Source: Epiperipatus broadwayi
Lineage: Eukaryota > Animalia > Onychophora
Direction: 5' to 3'
DNA length: 64,000 bases
Assembly (NCBI GenBank): GCA_028023455.1
Contig: JAQFVV010000005.1
Location: 22,754,001-22,818,000 of the forward strand
Shown piece by piece: positions 13,501-28,500 of this stretch. Under the pieces are notes generated by a model. The model was not told the DNA's origin. It made no database searches and saw only the letters and a list, made by a program, of their open reading frames with translations. Within the stretch, counting starts at the first letter, position 1, and each line of letters opens with the position of its first letter. A program made the translations under genes and the position numbers.

Positions 13501-16500
13501 AGTAGGAGAAAAATTATGCAACAATTTTTTTTATTTTTTACTTACTATTTTTTCCCTAGGATGTACTCCACGTAGTTGCCCACCTAACAGTTTGTGTTCT
13601 GTACAAGATGGTAAAATACTATGCACTTGCAAAGAAGGTTTTACTGGCAATCCACCAGAAACAGAGTGCAGAAGTAAGTGTGCAGATATATAGTTGTTTT
13701 TTATTTAGATTTAAATTTGTGATTGTCAAAAAATTAGTTTTTTTATTATTACTTTCAAAATTTATGTTTTGACTGTAAGTAATTATTTAATAAAGAAAAC
13801 TCACATTTTTATAACTCTGATTCTATGCAATGCAATGTACTGTGGCTTCTGCTTTATTGGAGTCGGGAATCTCTCAGCCACTATGCCCAGAGAAACCTGT
13901 TAGTCACCTTACCTTCTCTTTCCATTCCCCAACCTACATTTTTCCCATATTCTTCTCTACGCTGCTCCATCCCAATTCCACAACATATTTTGTCAACTCC
14001 ATGGCCTTTATATCTAAATCCTCCTTATATGTTCCTAAACCCAGCATAAAAACCAAGAATCCACTTTCTGTATAACCACTTTGTTAATATTTATTCTCCC
14101 ACAATTTCTTTATTTGTATCCTTTCTGCTTGCAGGCATTTGTATTCAATTAACATATGTCTAATATTTTCTATGTCTTTTTTATACATCTTGCAGACTAA
14201 ATTACCCACATTTTTTCATTTATGGGTATATTCACTTGTTGCTAAAGATCCTGTTCAAGCCTTAAGCAATAAACTACTTTCCTTGCTATTATCATAAATT
14301 AACTCACACCCAATATTCTGTTTACTTCTTCAAATATTTAAACTCTATTTACTCTCCACACTAGTTCTCCATCTCTCCAACTTCCTATTTTTTATTAATG
14401 CATCTATTCTTCTATCCCATTCCTGGCCACTATAACTCTCAACAATTCTCTTAACTCGATCATCCCACCTTTTGTATGAGTATACTGACATAAATTTTTT
14501 ATCCAAATCTTCTACATACCATACTACCTTTCTCACCTATCTTGGAGCCTATCCTTTCTTCATAACCCAATTAAATACTATTTTGGCTATTATTATCCAT
14601 AAATTACAATCTACTGAACATTTATTTTCATTTTACTTTTTTGCATCTCTTATATAAAAATTTGATCATCCCATTTCTTCTTGAATTGCCTCCTTTGCCA
14701 TCCACACCTCTGCATCTAATTCATGTCTTCCTACTTCACTGTACTTTTTCTAAAAAATCTAACACCCCTTTACTAACACATAACACATCATTATTATATG
14801 TTAACCCTGCTACTGCCACTCCCTTCTATACAATTCTAGCTCTATCATATTTATTATGTGAAAACACTGTTAATTTCTTTATCACTCCCTTTCTTTTCTT
14901 TGCTTTATTTATCAATTTTTTCTCCCATTCATCCAAACACTTTCTCTGATTACTTAAGACAATTCCCAAATAGTTATATCTATTTGCCATGGCTATTTTT
15001 ATATCCCCCAATAAAAATTCTTTCTCTTCTCTTTCCTCAGCATCAATCATAATTATTTTTGATTTTTCTCTACTACATTTAATTTCCATCTCTTTACCTA
15101 CCCTTGTGCATGTTTTTAGGATAACTTGCATATCTTCCCTACTTTCTATGCACAAGAATACATCATCCGCAAATAAAAGATTGGATAATATATATACTCT
15201 TTTGCCACCTATTAATGGTATCTCTACCCCCCTTTCTAGTCTGTCTATTGCTCTCTCCATTTTTCTCAAATACAGCAATAACAAAATAGGTGACATAAGT
15301 CATCCTTGCAAGTCCCACCCCATTTTTAACTTTAACTGATTCTATATTCCCTAATTGATACGTATAGTAATTATTTTCATACAATCTCTTAATAAGATCC
15401 ACTAAAGCTCCATCCATTCCCAAATTGATTAAATTTACTTATAATCTATTTCTATTTACTCTATCATATGCCTTGTCTATATCTATAAAAACCATATATA
15501 ACTGTCTGCCTGTATTTCTACTCATATCTATAAGTTGTTTAACTACAAATAAACGGTCTCCTATACACCTATCTAATCAAAAACCTACTTGAATTTCTCC
15601 CACTATATTATTTTCTTCCATCCATTTTGTGACCCTTTCAGCCACTATATATGCCAAATCTATTGGTTGTTCATAGACAATGGTCTCCTCTTTGTTCATG
15701 GACCATAAATATAAATGTTTGATTTAGGCCATTTAATCAAAAAATGACTAGTTTCTGACTAATTGGCCTGGTATGTACTTTTTTTCAATAAAAAATAATC
15801 AGAAATCTGTTATATAAATCATATTTCATTTTGTATACATTAATAATAATAATACTAGTCAAATGATTTGTTGGTCAGGAGTTTATACCACAATTGAAAT
15901 GAAGTTGAAACACTGAATGACAGAATTGAACTGCTATCTATAGACCTTGAGTTTTAGAGTCCTTACTGCTGTCAACCACACAGTACAAAAAATAATCAAA
16001 TGCTTGGGAGAAGTTTATGCACATAATAAAACTGAGCCATAATTCATGAATCTTGAGTTCTAGGTTCTCTGCACTACATTGAGCATGGCAAGTTCTCATT
16101 GATTAAAGGCAATGATTATATATAATAAATTATATATTTTCATGATTTATTATGGTGTAAACAAAAGAAATTGAGGAATTATATCAATGTAAACAACCAG
16201 AGATAACTTTACCTTTGATGTTGCTAGAAAACCATCAATTCCTAATTGATAGTCCTGAGGGTAAGCAAGTTTTCTATGGTAAAACATAATAACTTTTTTT
16301 GGCATGATCTTTTATTCTACCCCAAATATTTATATATATATATAAAATAGGACTGCAAGTGATTGTAGTTTCTCTATTTATATACTTAGTTATCGTACTC
16401 ATCTCGTAGGTACATTGTTCATCATGCCTGTCATATTATTTATCAGGAAATTACAGTATACACCAAGTTAAACACAGTACTCACTGGACTAGTTACATTA

Positions 16501-19500
16501 CTCACCTGGCTAATCCTGCTATTTACCAGGATGGTATTGCTACTCACCAGGCTGGCCACACTATTTGTGAAAATAATTGTACTACTCACCAGGATAATCA
16601 CATTACTTTCTAGGTTAGTTTTATTATTCACCGAAATAGTCATACTATTCACCAGAATCATCACATTACTCATAAAGATAGTTAAATTACTCACCAGGCT
16701 AGTCATACCATTCAATGAACTAGTTATACTACTCACTACTATAGTTGTACTGGTCATCTGATTAGTTACACTAATTAACTGGCTAACCCTTTATTTATTA
16801 GGTTAGTCCTACTATGCTTTCTTGTGCATGTTCATATAATCATCTGTTGTGTTTTCTTAGCTTTTGTTTGGTTGATTTTTTAAATATTATAATAAATTTT
16901 TTTAATATACTATATTAGCTATTGAATATCATTATAGTAAGAATGTCTTTTTGCTAATAATTGCTTATCTTGCATAAATCTAAGTAAGTGTTTATGATAG
17001 AGTGTGTAGTAATGTGTTTATATATGTTTTGATACCTTTTGTGTGAAGATAGATGTTGTAGTGAAGCTGAGACTCTGTGTTGGTGCTGATTTTAAAAAAG
17101 TTAAAAGATGGGGTATTTCATCATTATTGCAACTAAATAACTGTATTTAGAGAAGTCACTTTATCTAGAGACCGCTATTATAAAATCATATTTATATTGG
17201 ATTGAACATATTCTAAAAGTGTTTTATGGTAAACTTGAGTCTAGTTTTTATAAAAGCAATGGATCCCATTTTCCTTATAAAGATAAGATCAAAGCTGTGC
17301 ATGTTACAGAAGTTTTTCAAATAGAACAATTTTCTGCAGAAAAAATTAAAATATAGTATCACAAATTATCAAATAACTAGACTAATGAATCAGATGTTCT
17401 ATATATGGACATATTTGTGGTTAACAGTGTATTCATTTATTTGCTATTTTATCTCTTTTTTTTCTTGAAATTGGAATGGCCACTTTTTTGGGAGTGATGA
17501 TGATGTGTTTATAAATTTTAACACCAACAAGGGTAGTATAATATATTTCTAAATCTGAAATATTCTCAGTCCCATGCATTTTGGATTTAAAAAATGGCAA
17601 AAAAAAATCCTATAGAATAAATTCCCCCAATGAAAAAAATTTAAAATTCAGGTGTTAGAATTAAGATAGGATGAATGATATTTTTAAGAATATCTAAAAC
17701 ATTTTATTTAATAAGTTAATGAATTTTTTTCTCTTAAGTATTTTTTTTTCAAGAAATATTGAAGGAAAGGAGATTCTTTTATAGAAGCTCAATATGGATT
17801 CTCAACCTTTCTGTATTTTTTTTTATTTTTGTCAGACTTGTGAGTGGAATTAAATAGAATTCTTTATTGCGATAGAATTGGTTGTATCTAAAGATATAAA
17901 TATCTTCCATGCTTAATTTCAGTTTTTGATAATAATTATAATCAAATGATTTATTGCTTGGGAGTTTGTAAGAAGTTTGAGCACTGGAAGTAACGGAGTC
18001 TGGGCTATGATTCATAGAGCTCCAGAATCCACCTGTCTATCACTAAATCTGCAGGGCAGTATATATTAATTATAAGCTTTTAAAATTTTATATCAGTAAT
18101 GTCATTTTTCAAATGTAATTGTTGCCATGTTCCTTTTTGAGGTTTTCTCAGAGCGAATAATAAAACATACGTATATAAATATTCAAGACAGTTGCGCATG
18201 ATTATTTTTGTAATGAAAATTTGGATATAAATGTAATTGCTTGTGTGTTTGCATTTTTACAGGTATTTTCATTTAACTTTTTTTTTAAAATTCAATACAG
18301 GTATATGTGAGACTGTTCACTGCAAGGAGCATGAAGTTTGTGATGGTAGTTCTAACGAGCCATTGTGTCATTGCGAAAATGGCTACAAGCGCATCCCACC
18401 TGGAGAAGAGTGCATCCGTAAGATTTAATTGCATTATTTATTAAATAAATTTTGTCAATATTGATAATTTATATTTAGTATTTATATATGATGAGATATA
18501 AATTGTATAATGTCATTTCTTGGACATTTCACTTTTAAAATGGCAGGTCTCAACATTATGAAAATGTGCATTACCAGAATTTTTATTACAATAGAGGGAA
18601 GATGATAAAGATATACATATGTATATTATGTATCCAATTTTATTTAATATTGCATATTGATAACTCATAAAATTGGGAACCCAATTTTATAATTCCAAAG
18701 AATTTTTGTTAACTGTCAGTAAGAGTTTGCCATTGCTCATTGATTAGTAAAAATTATTGTAGCACTTACTTTATAAACAAGGCAAAACTCTCCATACAGT
18801 AGTGCCACCCTGTGCCAACCAGAGTAATCAATGGATGCCAGAAGGCTTGTGCATAAAATCCCTATCTAATGCCTACTCATCCAATATCTCCAGACTAGTT
18901 TCTGGCTCGTGGCCTTCATCAGTGAGGAGCTTTGGATCTGAGAGCACTGCACCTAGATTTTAGGATCATGTAATAATGTCTAATGGTTTAGCATTTACTT
19001 TAATTATTTTGCATGCTGTCAGTTATATTATGTATCATTTAATCACTGCTTGGTGGGCATTTAAACTTCAAGCATTAATATGACAATACTTATCATTTCC
19101 AGTAATAATAATAATAGAACGGCTTTATTGCTCCCGAATTCTTAAGAAATTTGAGGGTCGTACTGGGCAGCAATCCATGGAACTTGAATTCCAAAGCTGG
19201 CACTTTATCTTAACTATATAGGGCTACCATTCTATTTACTAGATCTAAATGAATTAAAATCTTTTAAACAAGTAAAAAACACACACACATCCATCCATTT
19301 TTAATTTTTTACCTTTTCTTGGAAATCGGTTCAGAAACCCTCCTCTTATCAGCTTGATTAAAATACAATCCATGAACTTTTTTAAAAATTAATTCCGGGG
19401 GGGGGGTCCTCAAATTATGTCTATAAATAAAAGTATATTATTTTGATGTTTTTATGAGACACGTTTTTTTTATAATAAATTATTTAAAATTCATATATTT

Positions 19501-22500
19501 AGTTTTTAAATAAGTGTCATATAGTTAAACCCTCAACCAAAACTCCAATCCGTCAAAATTGAAACCTTAATTAATTGTGTGATGTGATATTATATTAACA
19601 CTAGAATGAGTCTGGTAAAAAAAAACCAGTTTGAAAGTATCTGCGTCAAATGTTTTTAGAATTTATTCATCTATTTATTTAGTCAGAATAGTTTAATAAT
19701 GACTTAGACACTGTATAAAGGCAGTCATCCAATATATTCTCCAATTTGTTAGATGTGATACTGTAGAGTCCATTATTGTAAAATCATACCTTCATTGGAT
19801 TGGACGTATAAAATAAATGAACAATGTAAGATTTCCTTAAAGAATATTTTATGGTGAACTCAAGCATGGTTTTTATGGCAGAAATAGACCCCAGTTACAT
19901 TATAAGTGTTATTCAAACATATTCTGAGGAAGAACAATATCAATTTGTTTTCATTGGAAAGACATGGAAGAGAATATAATAGGTTGGAGAGCTATGATTA
20001 GATATGGTGTTGATATATTTCAGAAAGAAAAGTTTTCTGCTGAACAAATTAAAAGACCTCATAAAATAGCAAACAATCAGAAAAATGAATGAACATGTTC
20101 CATATGTGGACATATTTGTGTTTCAACAGATTAGTTTTATTTTTTTCACACACACCCTTTCTTTTTTCTTGGAGTTAGAATGGTCATACTCATTTACGAA
20201 TTGCCTGTTTATTACCATGCTTATATCTATATAAACACATACAACTATAAATGTTGAAAATTTAATAGGAATGCTGTAAATGTTTATAAGTAGTTTTTCA
20301 GCATAATATAATAAAACAAAATAACATTTTTTTTTTGTCTAAAATACTTAAGTAATATTTACTAAGGCTGTAATCTCAAGAATATGCGCATAAAAATGCG
20401 ATAGTAGGGACCTCTACAGGTCTTAACCACAAGCTTACATTTTGGAAGAAAAGTGAATTTCACTTTCAGCTTATATTCAAGATTTTATAAGAATCGTAAA
20501 CATACAGAAGTACTTCCATTAAATTTCCAACATTTATCTGCTCACAGTATATATTTATAGATATGTGAATGAGCTTATTTATTTTTTAATGTTTTGAAAA
20601 CTAAGAAAGTGATTTTAAAAAACTATGTCACAAATTATATTTTATGAAGCATCAAAATAATATATTATTATCTCTAGCTGAAGATTATTAAGGTAATGAA
20701 ATCATTGGAGGAAGATCATATCAAACTTATTCAACTTTTTCTGAAACCAGTTTGTTAATATGGCTGTGTACAATTTGTTTTACTTCACGTATGGCAGTTC
20801 TTTTTCACTGTAAGGCTCTAATATATGCTAAATGATTGAAATTTGAATCATCTGGTGACTCTCTTTTCTGATTAGTGAAATGTCTTTGATTTCTTCCAGT
20901 CTTTTTCAGTTTTCGGTAAAATTTCTTTTGCAATGCCATCAATTTCTACACCTTTATATTCTATCAATAGTCTGATTATTTTGAACATTAGTTTTTGGAG
21001 AGCTGATTTCATCAATTTCAATTGTATGGACTAATTATATTTTAGAAAACTCTACTTCAAGACTTCCTTTGATCTCGTTACTTTTCTGTTAGTCAGCACT
21101 TTTTTGAGAATTGATTCATTTTGGCTGTCTCAGCAAGTATTGCTATAAAAATGTTCTTTGTTCTTTCATTGCTGCTGTATGAATTTTTTATTCAGATTCC
21201 TCAAGTGATATGTATTCTTTGTAATTTTGATATCTTTCTTTGTATTTATCTCTATATTCCTAGATCCCCTTCTTCTTTTTTCCTGGTTGTTTAATCTTGT
21301 CAAACTTTTATTGGATTCAGCTTTATTATTTTCACTTCTACATATGCTATCTACTTAAACATTAATTACATGCAAAATTTTAAATTCTTATGTTTTTCTT
21401 AAGAGTTGTAGGTATGGACTCTAAAATATTTTAGTTTAGTTTTAGTCAAAATTTACATCATGTACTGTTCTTGTTCATATTTTTACTAATAAAACTGAAG
21501 TCTAAATATCCATGTAAATAGTTAGCATCTATTCCTAGGTTTCGTTCAGTTTTCATGTTTTTGCGGCTGTATTTTTTCTTACCATTTTGCTCTATGTAAT
21601 TTCTTATTCAGTTTACTCAAAAGATTTTTATCCTTTTAATAATAGTTTTTTTGAGTTATCTTTATATAGTTTGGGCATCCATTTTATTTTATCCTAATCA
21701 AAATTTCAGATTCATTTTTAATTCCATTATCATCTCATCCAGTTGATCATAAACCAATGTTCAAAATGTACATATTCATAATTCATTGTTTGTTTCACAT
21801 TCAGCTTTGAGTCATGTTTTTTTTGATTAAAACTGATGAGTCTTATCAATAGATCTTAAAAATAATCTTCTTTTTTTTTTCTATGAACTCCATTTAGTAA
21901 TGTCCATATAAATAATTAGAACTTACAGTTGGTATATCATTAATCTGATTAAATCTTTTAACATTTGTTTCACGTACTTTTACTGCCATGAAATTGCAAA
22001 ATTAATGTTTTATAATAGTTATACTTGAGTTATAAATTAAGAATACAAACTAAAATTTATTAATTCTAATTTTTAGGGGTTGAATGCAATAATGATGATT
22101 GTGGAGAAACAGGAGTTTGCACAAGAATCCAAGATACTTTTAAATGTGTTTGCAAGCCCCCATGTAAAGATGAGTGGCCACAATGCTGTGGTAAGTTTAT
22201 GGTTATATATATGAATATACTGATACAATTTTTTATCTCTGCTAGAAATCTAATCACAGACACACATTATAATTTGAATATAAGAACTTCATTTCCAATT
22301 TTAACAAAATAATGTATTCAAATCCATTGTGAGATGTTGAATGTAAGTTAATCTCAGGAGAAGTTTTTTTTATTCAATTATTTTTTTCTTGTATTTTATT
22401 TTTGACCTTTGTTCTTACAGAGTTTAAAAAATATATATAGACCACAAGTCAAAATTAAGGTTTAAATTTTTAGAACTAAATACTTTGAGATTTCCAGCTG

Positions 22501-25500
22501 CCAATATTTTTTTTTTGTTTGTTTAATAGTTTTTTTTCTTATTTATGTTGAATTAAATTTACTGACAAGCAGAGGTAAAAATTGCTCTCTATCATATGTT
22601 TTCATTTAATCAGTTATGAAAATCCTCATTAACATATTTTGATACCAGAACTAACTTTGATACAATTTACAATACCCTTTTTCATTTTGCCGCTTACTGA
22701 ATAAAATAATTAAAATTATCATTGTAACTAATATTTTTAAACTTTTCTCAGAAAAATGTAATTCAAAAAATAAATACATGCAACATGTATATAAAGAAAA
22801 GCTTATTTAATACTTTAACAACATAGTATGCGGTCTTGCGTTGTTAGCCGAGAGGTATCGCGGCCGCCGTGCAAGCAAGTAGTTGGTTGCAGACGGTTGT
22901 GGGTTCATGTCTCGGCTGATGCTATGACATATGGAAAAAAAAAACAACAACAACATATGCGGTCTTGCGTTGTTAGCCGAGAGGTATCGCAGCCGCCGTG
23001 CAAGCAAGTAGTTGGTTGCAGACGGTTGTGGGTTCACGTCTCGGCTGATGCTATGACATATGGAAAAAAAAAACAACAACAACATAGTATGCGGACTTGC
23101 GTTGTTAGCCGAGAGGTATCGCAGCCGCCGTGCAAGCAAGTAGTTGGTTACAGACGGTTGTGGGTTCACGTCTCGGCTGATGCTATGACATATGGAAAAA
23201 AAAAACAACAACAACATAGTATGCTGATTATGCTTCCAACTAGCTGGTAATTATATTCATAGCTATAGTTATCCATTGTGAGATTTATAAAAGACTCACA
23301 AAAGTGGTGGTTTACATAAAATTTGATTATAAGATGTAATTGAATTGATTTAAATGAGCCAATTTTTTGATCAGGGAATGCAGGATTGTTTTTTGTTGAT
23401 CATTATGTACATTGTTAGCAATGACTTTGCATTTAGCATCGTTTCTTTCTGAGCAGACAGTAAAGGCAGATGTGATATCAAAGCTGTGATCATGTTTAGA
23501 CTCGTAATTGAGAAAAATAGATTTAATATCTGTATTGGTCTTAGTACGATTGTATTGGTATCTGTGCTGTTTCAATGCTTGTAGAAAGATTGGCATGAGA
23601 TTGAATCTGATTGAAATACTAGCATTGAAATATATATTAGTGCTTTACATAATATCAAATATAAAGATTCAACTCTTACTCACATCGTTAAAATGTTCTA
23701 GTCTTAAATATGCACAGATCTATTCAAGCTGATAAAAAACCCTGGATATCACTGCCATACATATCAGGGGCTACCCATAGTATAAACAAAATCTGCATGG
23801 AAATGTACAGAGTTGATCTTCGCACCACTCCTACCCTGAATCGCCTGATTAACAATACACAAGTTAAGCTGCCCCAGAGCAAGTTTCCCAAGTTGTGTGT
23901 AAAATTATATGACACAACACAAACTGCAATGCAGCATTGAACCCATATCTGCCAGTATTGTCTTCTAAAAATAAATGATGCTAACCATGAAGATAAAGAG
24001 GCCTGGTATATTGCCAACAACATATATGCAATATCCTGTGACCCCTATCAAAAAAATAACTCATTTAAATCAACTCATTTACATCTTATAATCAAATTTT
24101 ATGCAAATCATCACTTTTGTGATTCTTCTATAAATCTCACAATGTTCTTGGATAACTATAACTATGAATATGACTACCAGCGAGTCAAAAACATGCTCAG
24201 CATAATATATTGTTAAAGTACTAAACAAACTTTTCTTTGTATACATATTGTATGTATTTATTTTTTGAATTACATTTTTCTGAGAAACGTTTAAAAATAT
24301 TGGGGTTATATTATAATAAAAATGAATATTCATCAGAAGCATCAGATGATGCTTAAAATTTATAAGTCGATTTGTGCTTTAAAAGAAAGAATCCAGTTTC
24401 TTGAAATATGTTTGGATTAAAAAATCTTTCCGAATTACTGCCAAATATATTTATCCAAGACTATTCATAATCTTATGGTCCAATTAAAATCATGTTTATT
24501 GAAAAATATAAAAACATTATTAAAGTGTTTAAGAAATCATTGAAAAAGGAAGAGTGACATAAGAAGAAAATCTGTTTAACAAAAGAAATACTGTCAGATA
24601 TTAATGACAAATGCAGAATTTTGACTCTTAACTTACAAGCCAAATATGCTAAGAAAATAAGCCTTCTGGCAAAAAAACAAGGAATAAAACTAGCTCCTGT
24701 TAATTTAACAATGCATAATCTGCCTATTAATATAAAGTCAATTCTAGATTGTGGATTTCTATTTGTCAATGGAATATGGAAATACGCAATGTGAGAACTT
24801 GTCACGGATCTAGAAACAATATACAATGACAATCCACAGAGAGAAAAGATTATTGGTCAAATAGCTCAGACAACAGTTCGTAAACAACTCAAGGTGAAAA
24901 ATAAGAAATTTTATCACTCCTATATTTAAATATATGTAAATATAGGAGTGATAAAATATTAAATATTGAACTCTTTGCTAATGAACTTTTAAAGGTTGGT
25001 TATGATAAAATCCAAATTTTATGTACAGTAAATTCATTTAATAATAAGAAGAGGGTTTGCAATGTTACCTTAGATAATAAAAAATGTATATCTATGCCAT
25101 TTGTAAATAACATGCAATCTAAATTAATTAAGAATATATTTAAAGAAAAGTATATTTCATTTTGTGTTCCTCTGAATCATAATCGATCGATTAATAATTC
25201 TAAGGGTATAATTCCTAAATTGCAAAGAAGTAATATAATTTATCAGATTTCATGTGGATGTAAAAAATTATATATCGGTGAATCGAGATGTTCTGTGGAA
25301 AAAGATTAAAGGAGCATCAATTATTATATAATCAGATTAAAAATAATGTAAATAGTCAACTTAATACATCTTCAGTATTCTTGGACTATGAAAAAACTTG
25401 TAATTATAGATCTATATTTAATATTAATGAAATAAAAATATTAATGGAAGAAAGGAATCATAAAAAGAGGAAAATTAGAGGCAATTTTAATAGATAAATA

Positions 25501-28500
25501 TAAAGATAATGTTATTAATAGGCAAGTTGCAAATATGGCCATACACAGCTTATGGAAATTTATGTAACATTAAAATTTGAAATTCAGTTGTTTGTTTATA
25601 TATATAGTAAAATATTAAGGTGTAGTCTATAATTCATTTAAATTACTATGATCAAACTTGACATTCAATTCCAGGAAAACTTGGGATTATTATAATATCT
25701 ATGAATTTCTAAGTTAATTTAAGATTCTTTCAAATAATCAGTATAAATCTAATCCAGTTATCAAACATTTATTGTTTAACCATAATCTATATATTCGTAG
25801 CTAGAGGTAAAACAAAAAAGAAAACTGCAAAAAACATCAAGCAGTATTTCGATAAGGGTGATGAATAATATTGCTGGTTATTTTTTTTTCTCTTCTTTGG
25901 GGATGCCAAAGAAGTTCTTACGCTACAATGGTATATATATATAAAATTTGTTTATATATATATATAATTAAAATTACCCCAAATCCAAAATTCAACCAGA
26001 CCAGCACAAAAATAATATTAAAACACTACCTAAGGTTTCACTGCTACAAGCAGACTTCTCAAGTGTAAAGAACTACAAAAACTACACAATATATATAGTA
26101 TTAAACATTATCCACAAATCCATTCACTTCCCATCCACCCTTAATATTAAAAGAACTCTTAAATAAATTAATTGCTTCAGAATAATACATTTTCAATAAT
26201 AAAGATTCTTTAATTCTTCTTTTAATTTCATTTCTCTCAAAGAATACAACCTTAGCTTCATCAAAATCAATAGTATGGCCTGTATCTTTTTCATGGACAT
26301 ACAAAGCAGAACTAAGATATCTATTTTTAACTCTACTTTTATGAACCTTTATTTTTTCATTTAAACTCAAACTACTCTGACCTATGTAAACCTTCTTACA
26401 AATAAACAAGGAATAAAATATACTACACCAGGAATAGTCTTTCTATCAAAAATTTCTTTTGTATTATTTAATAAATTATTCAATGTAACACCTCTTTTCC
26501 AAGCAATTTTCTTATTCCCAAACAATTTACTATTTTTACATACAATTTTATAAGAAGACAATTTATATGGCAAAGAAATAAAATCATATTTTTCTTTAAC
26601 CTTTACATCCTTACAAATATTACTATTAAATAAAATACTTTTAACAAATTTATCAGAGTATCCAACACTCAAATAATCTTTATAAAATTGATATTTCTGA
26701 AACAAAGCTACCCCACTAGAATTATTTAATTTAATATTCCTATGACAATAATTCCTTAAAGCAGCTACTTTATGAGATACAGACTGATAGCTATCAGGTT
26801 AAAAGTAAAGAATTAAGATCTATAATTAAACCTGATAGCTATCAGTCTGTATCTCATAAAGTAGCTGCTTTAAGGAATTATTGTCATAGGAATATTAAAT
26901 TAAATAATTCTAGTGGGGTAGCCTTGTTTCAGAAATATCAATTTTATAAAGATTATTTGAGTGTTGGATACTCTGATAAATTTGTTAAAAGTATTTTATT
27001 TAATAGTAATATTTGTAAGGATGTAAAGGTTAAAGAAAAATATGATTTTATTTCTTTGCCATATAAATTGTCTTCTTATAAAATTGTATGTAGAAATAGT
27101 AAATTGTTTGGGAATAAGAAAATTGCTTGGAAAAGAGGTGTTACATTGAATAATTTATTAAATAATACAAAAGAAATTTTTGATAGAAAGACTATTCCTG
27201 GTGTAGTATATTTTATTTCTTGTTTATTTTGTAAGAAGAAACGTTTACATAGGTCAGAGTAGTTCTGTTTTGTATGTCCATGAAAAAGATACAGGCCATA
27301 CTATTGATTTTGATGAAGCTAAGGTTGTCTTCTTTGAGAGAAATGAAATTAAAAGAAGAATTAAAGAATCTTTATTATTGAAAATGTATTATTCTGAAGC
27401 AATTAATTTATTTAAGAGTTCTTTTAATATCAAGAGTGGATGGGAAGTGAATGGATTTGTGGGTAATGTTTAATATTATATATATTGTGTAGTTTTTGTA
27501 GTTCTTTACATTTGAGAAGTCTGCTTGTAGCAGTGAAACCTTAGGTAATGTTTTAATATTATTTTTGTGCTGGTCTGGTTGAATTTTGGATTTGGGGTAA
27601 TTTTAATTATATATTGACTAGTTTAGCTTTATGCTTGTAATGTTTATATATATATATATAAATGGAAGTAGCCAAAATTTCTGGAAGTTATGTATAAACT
27701 AACACACATTTATGAATGAAGAGAATAGCATGGAGCCACCTATTTCTTGAACTCTAATTTACAAGCATTTATCTATTGATATTTCTGAAAGGCAGAACAT
27801 AAAATGTTTATATTAGCCTGATTTAAGTATATAACTAATTACTCTGAAATTACAGTTGAATGTTTAGAAGATAAAGACATCGCCTCATTGTTACCAACAT
27901 CCCAACATTAAATGAAATATCAATTTAGTAAATATAAATAAATAAAAGCTTATAATCATCAGAACTCAAGGAATAAGTAATATTCTTTGCATTTATTTAG
28001 TGTTTGTTAGGTTTCAGTTATTTTCATTAAAATTTGGTAAATATTATGCTATACATCTTTTAATATATATATATATAAAAATAGATAAAAATAGTCTTTC
28101 ATAGAGGAATAATGAAAGCCATGACAGTGTATACTAGAATTTCAATATTCACCTAGGTATGCATGTGAGCAGCTAGATACCCATTTACTGACAATATCAG
28201 ATAACTAGTTGGGTGTTTGTATAGACCAACTGAAAAAAAAAAGTCTAACATTAGTGGGTGTAAAAATGTAAATTTACTTAGTCATTATTAGAACCTAGGT
28301 CATAGACATTACAGGTAAAGACTATATCATTGTATCATTAGGTCTTTTATATATATATATTATTTTTGTTTTTATACATGTGTGTGTAGATATTTATAAA
28401 TAAATGTAAAAGCATTATAAATATTAAAAATAATACAAAGTATAAAAAGGAAGTCTATCTAACTATTTATAAAATGATATGTTTCACAATATTTTTTTTT

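Larger units (their letters stand above)
25960..27614. mobile_element. Head-to-head inverted duplication of a 5'-truncated Penelope-like element (~800-bp arms)
   Basis: Arms 25960-26800 (-) and 26831-27614 (+); GVVYFIPC..CKKVYIGQS GIY-YIG; right arm has a ~60-nt deletion. Confidence 0.92.

Noticed and set aside
20672-20712. CTGAAGA...GAAA motif
   Set aside because: Stems I and II do not pair convincingly; expected by chance in AT-rich DNA.
20350-21800. Decayed pogo/Tigger-like transposon
   Set aside because: Only a vague terminal-like motif; no translatable DDE motif found.
22817-23224. CRISPR-like array or repetitive protein ORFs (22807-23217, 22828-23250)
   Set aside because: Whole units repeat with no unique spacers, the context is eukaryotic, and A/B boxes plus A-tails indicate a SINE.
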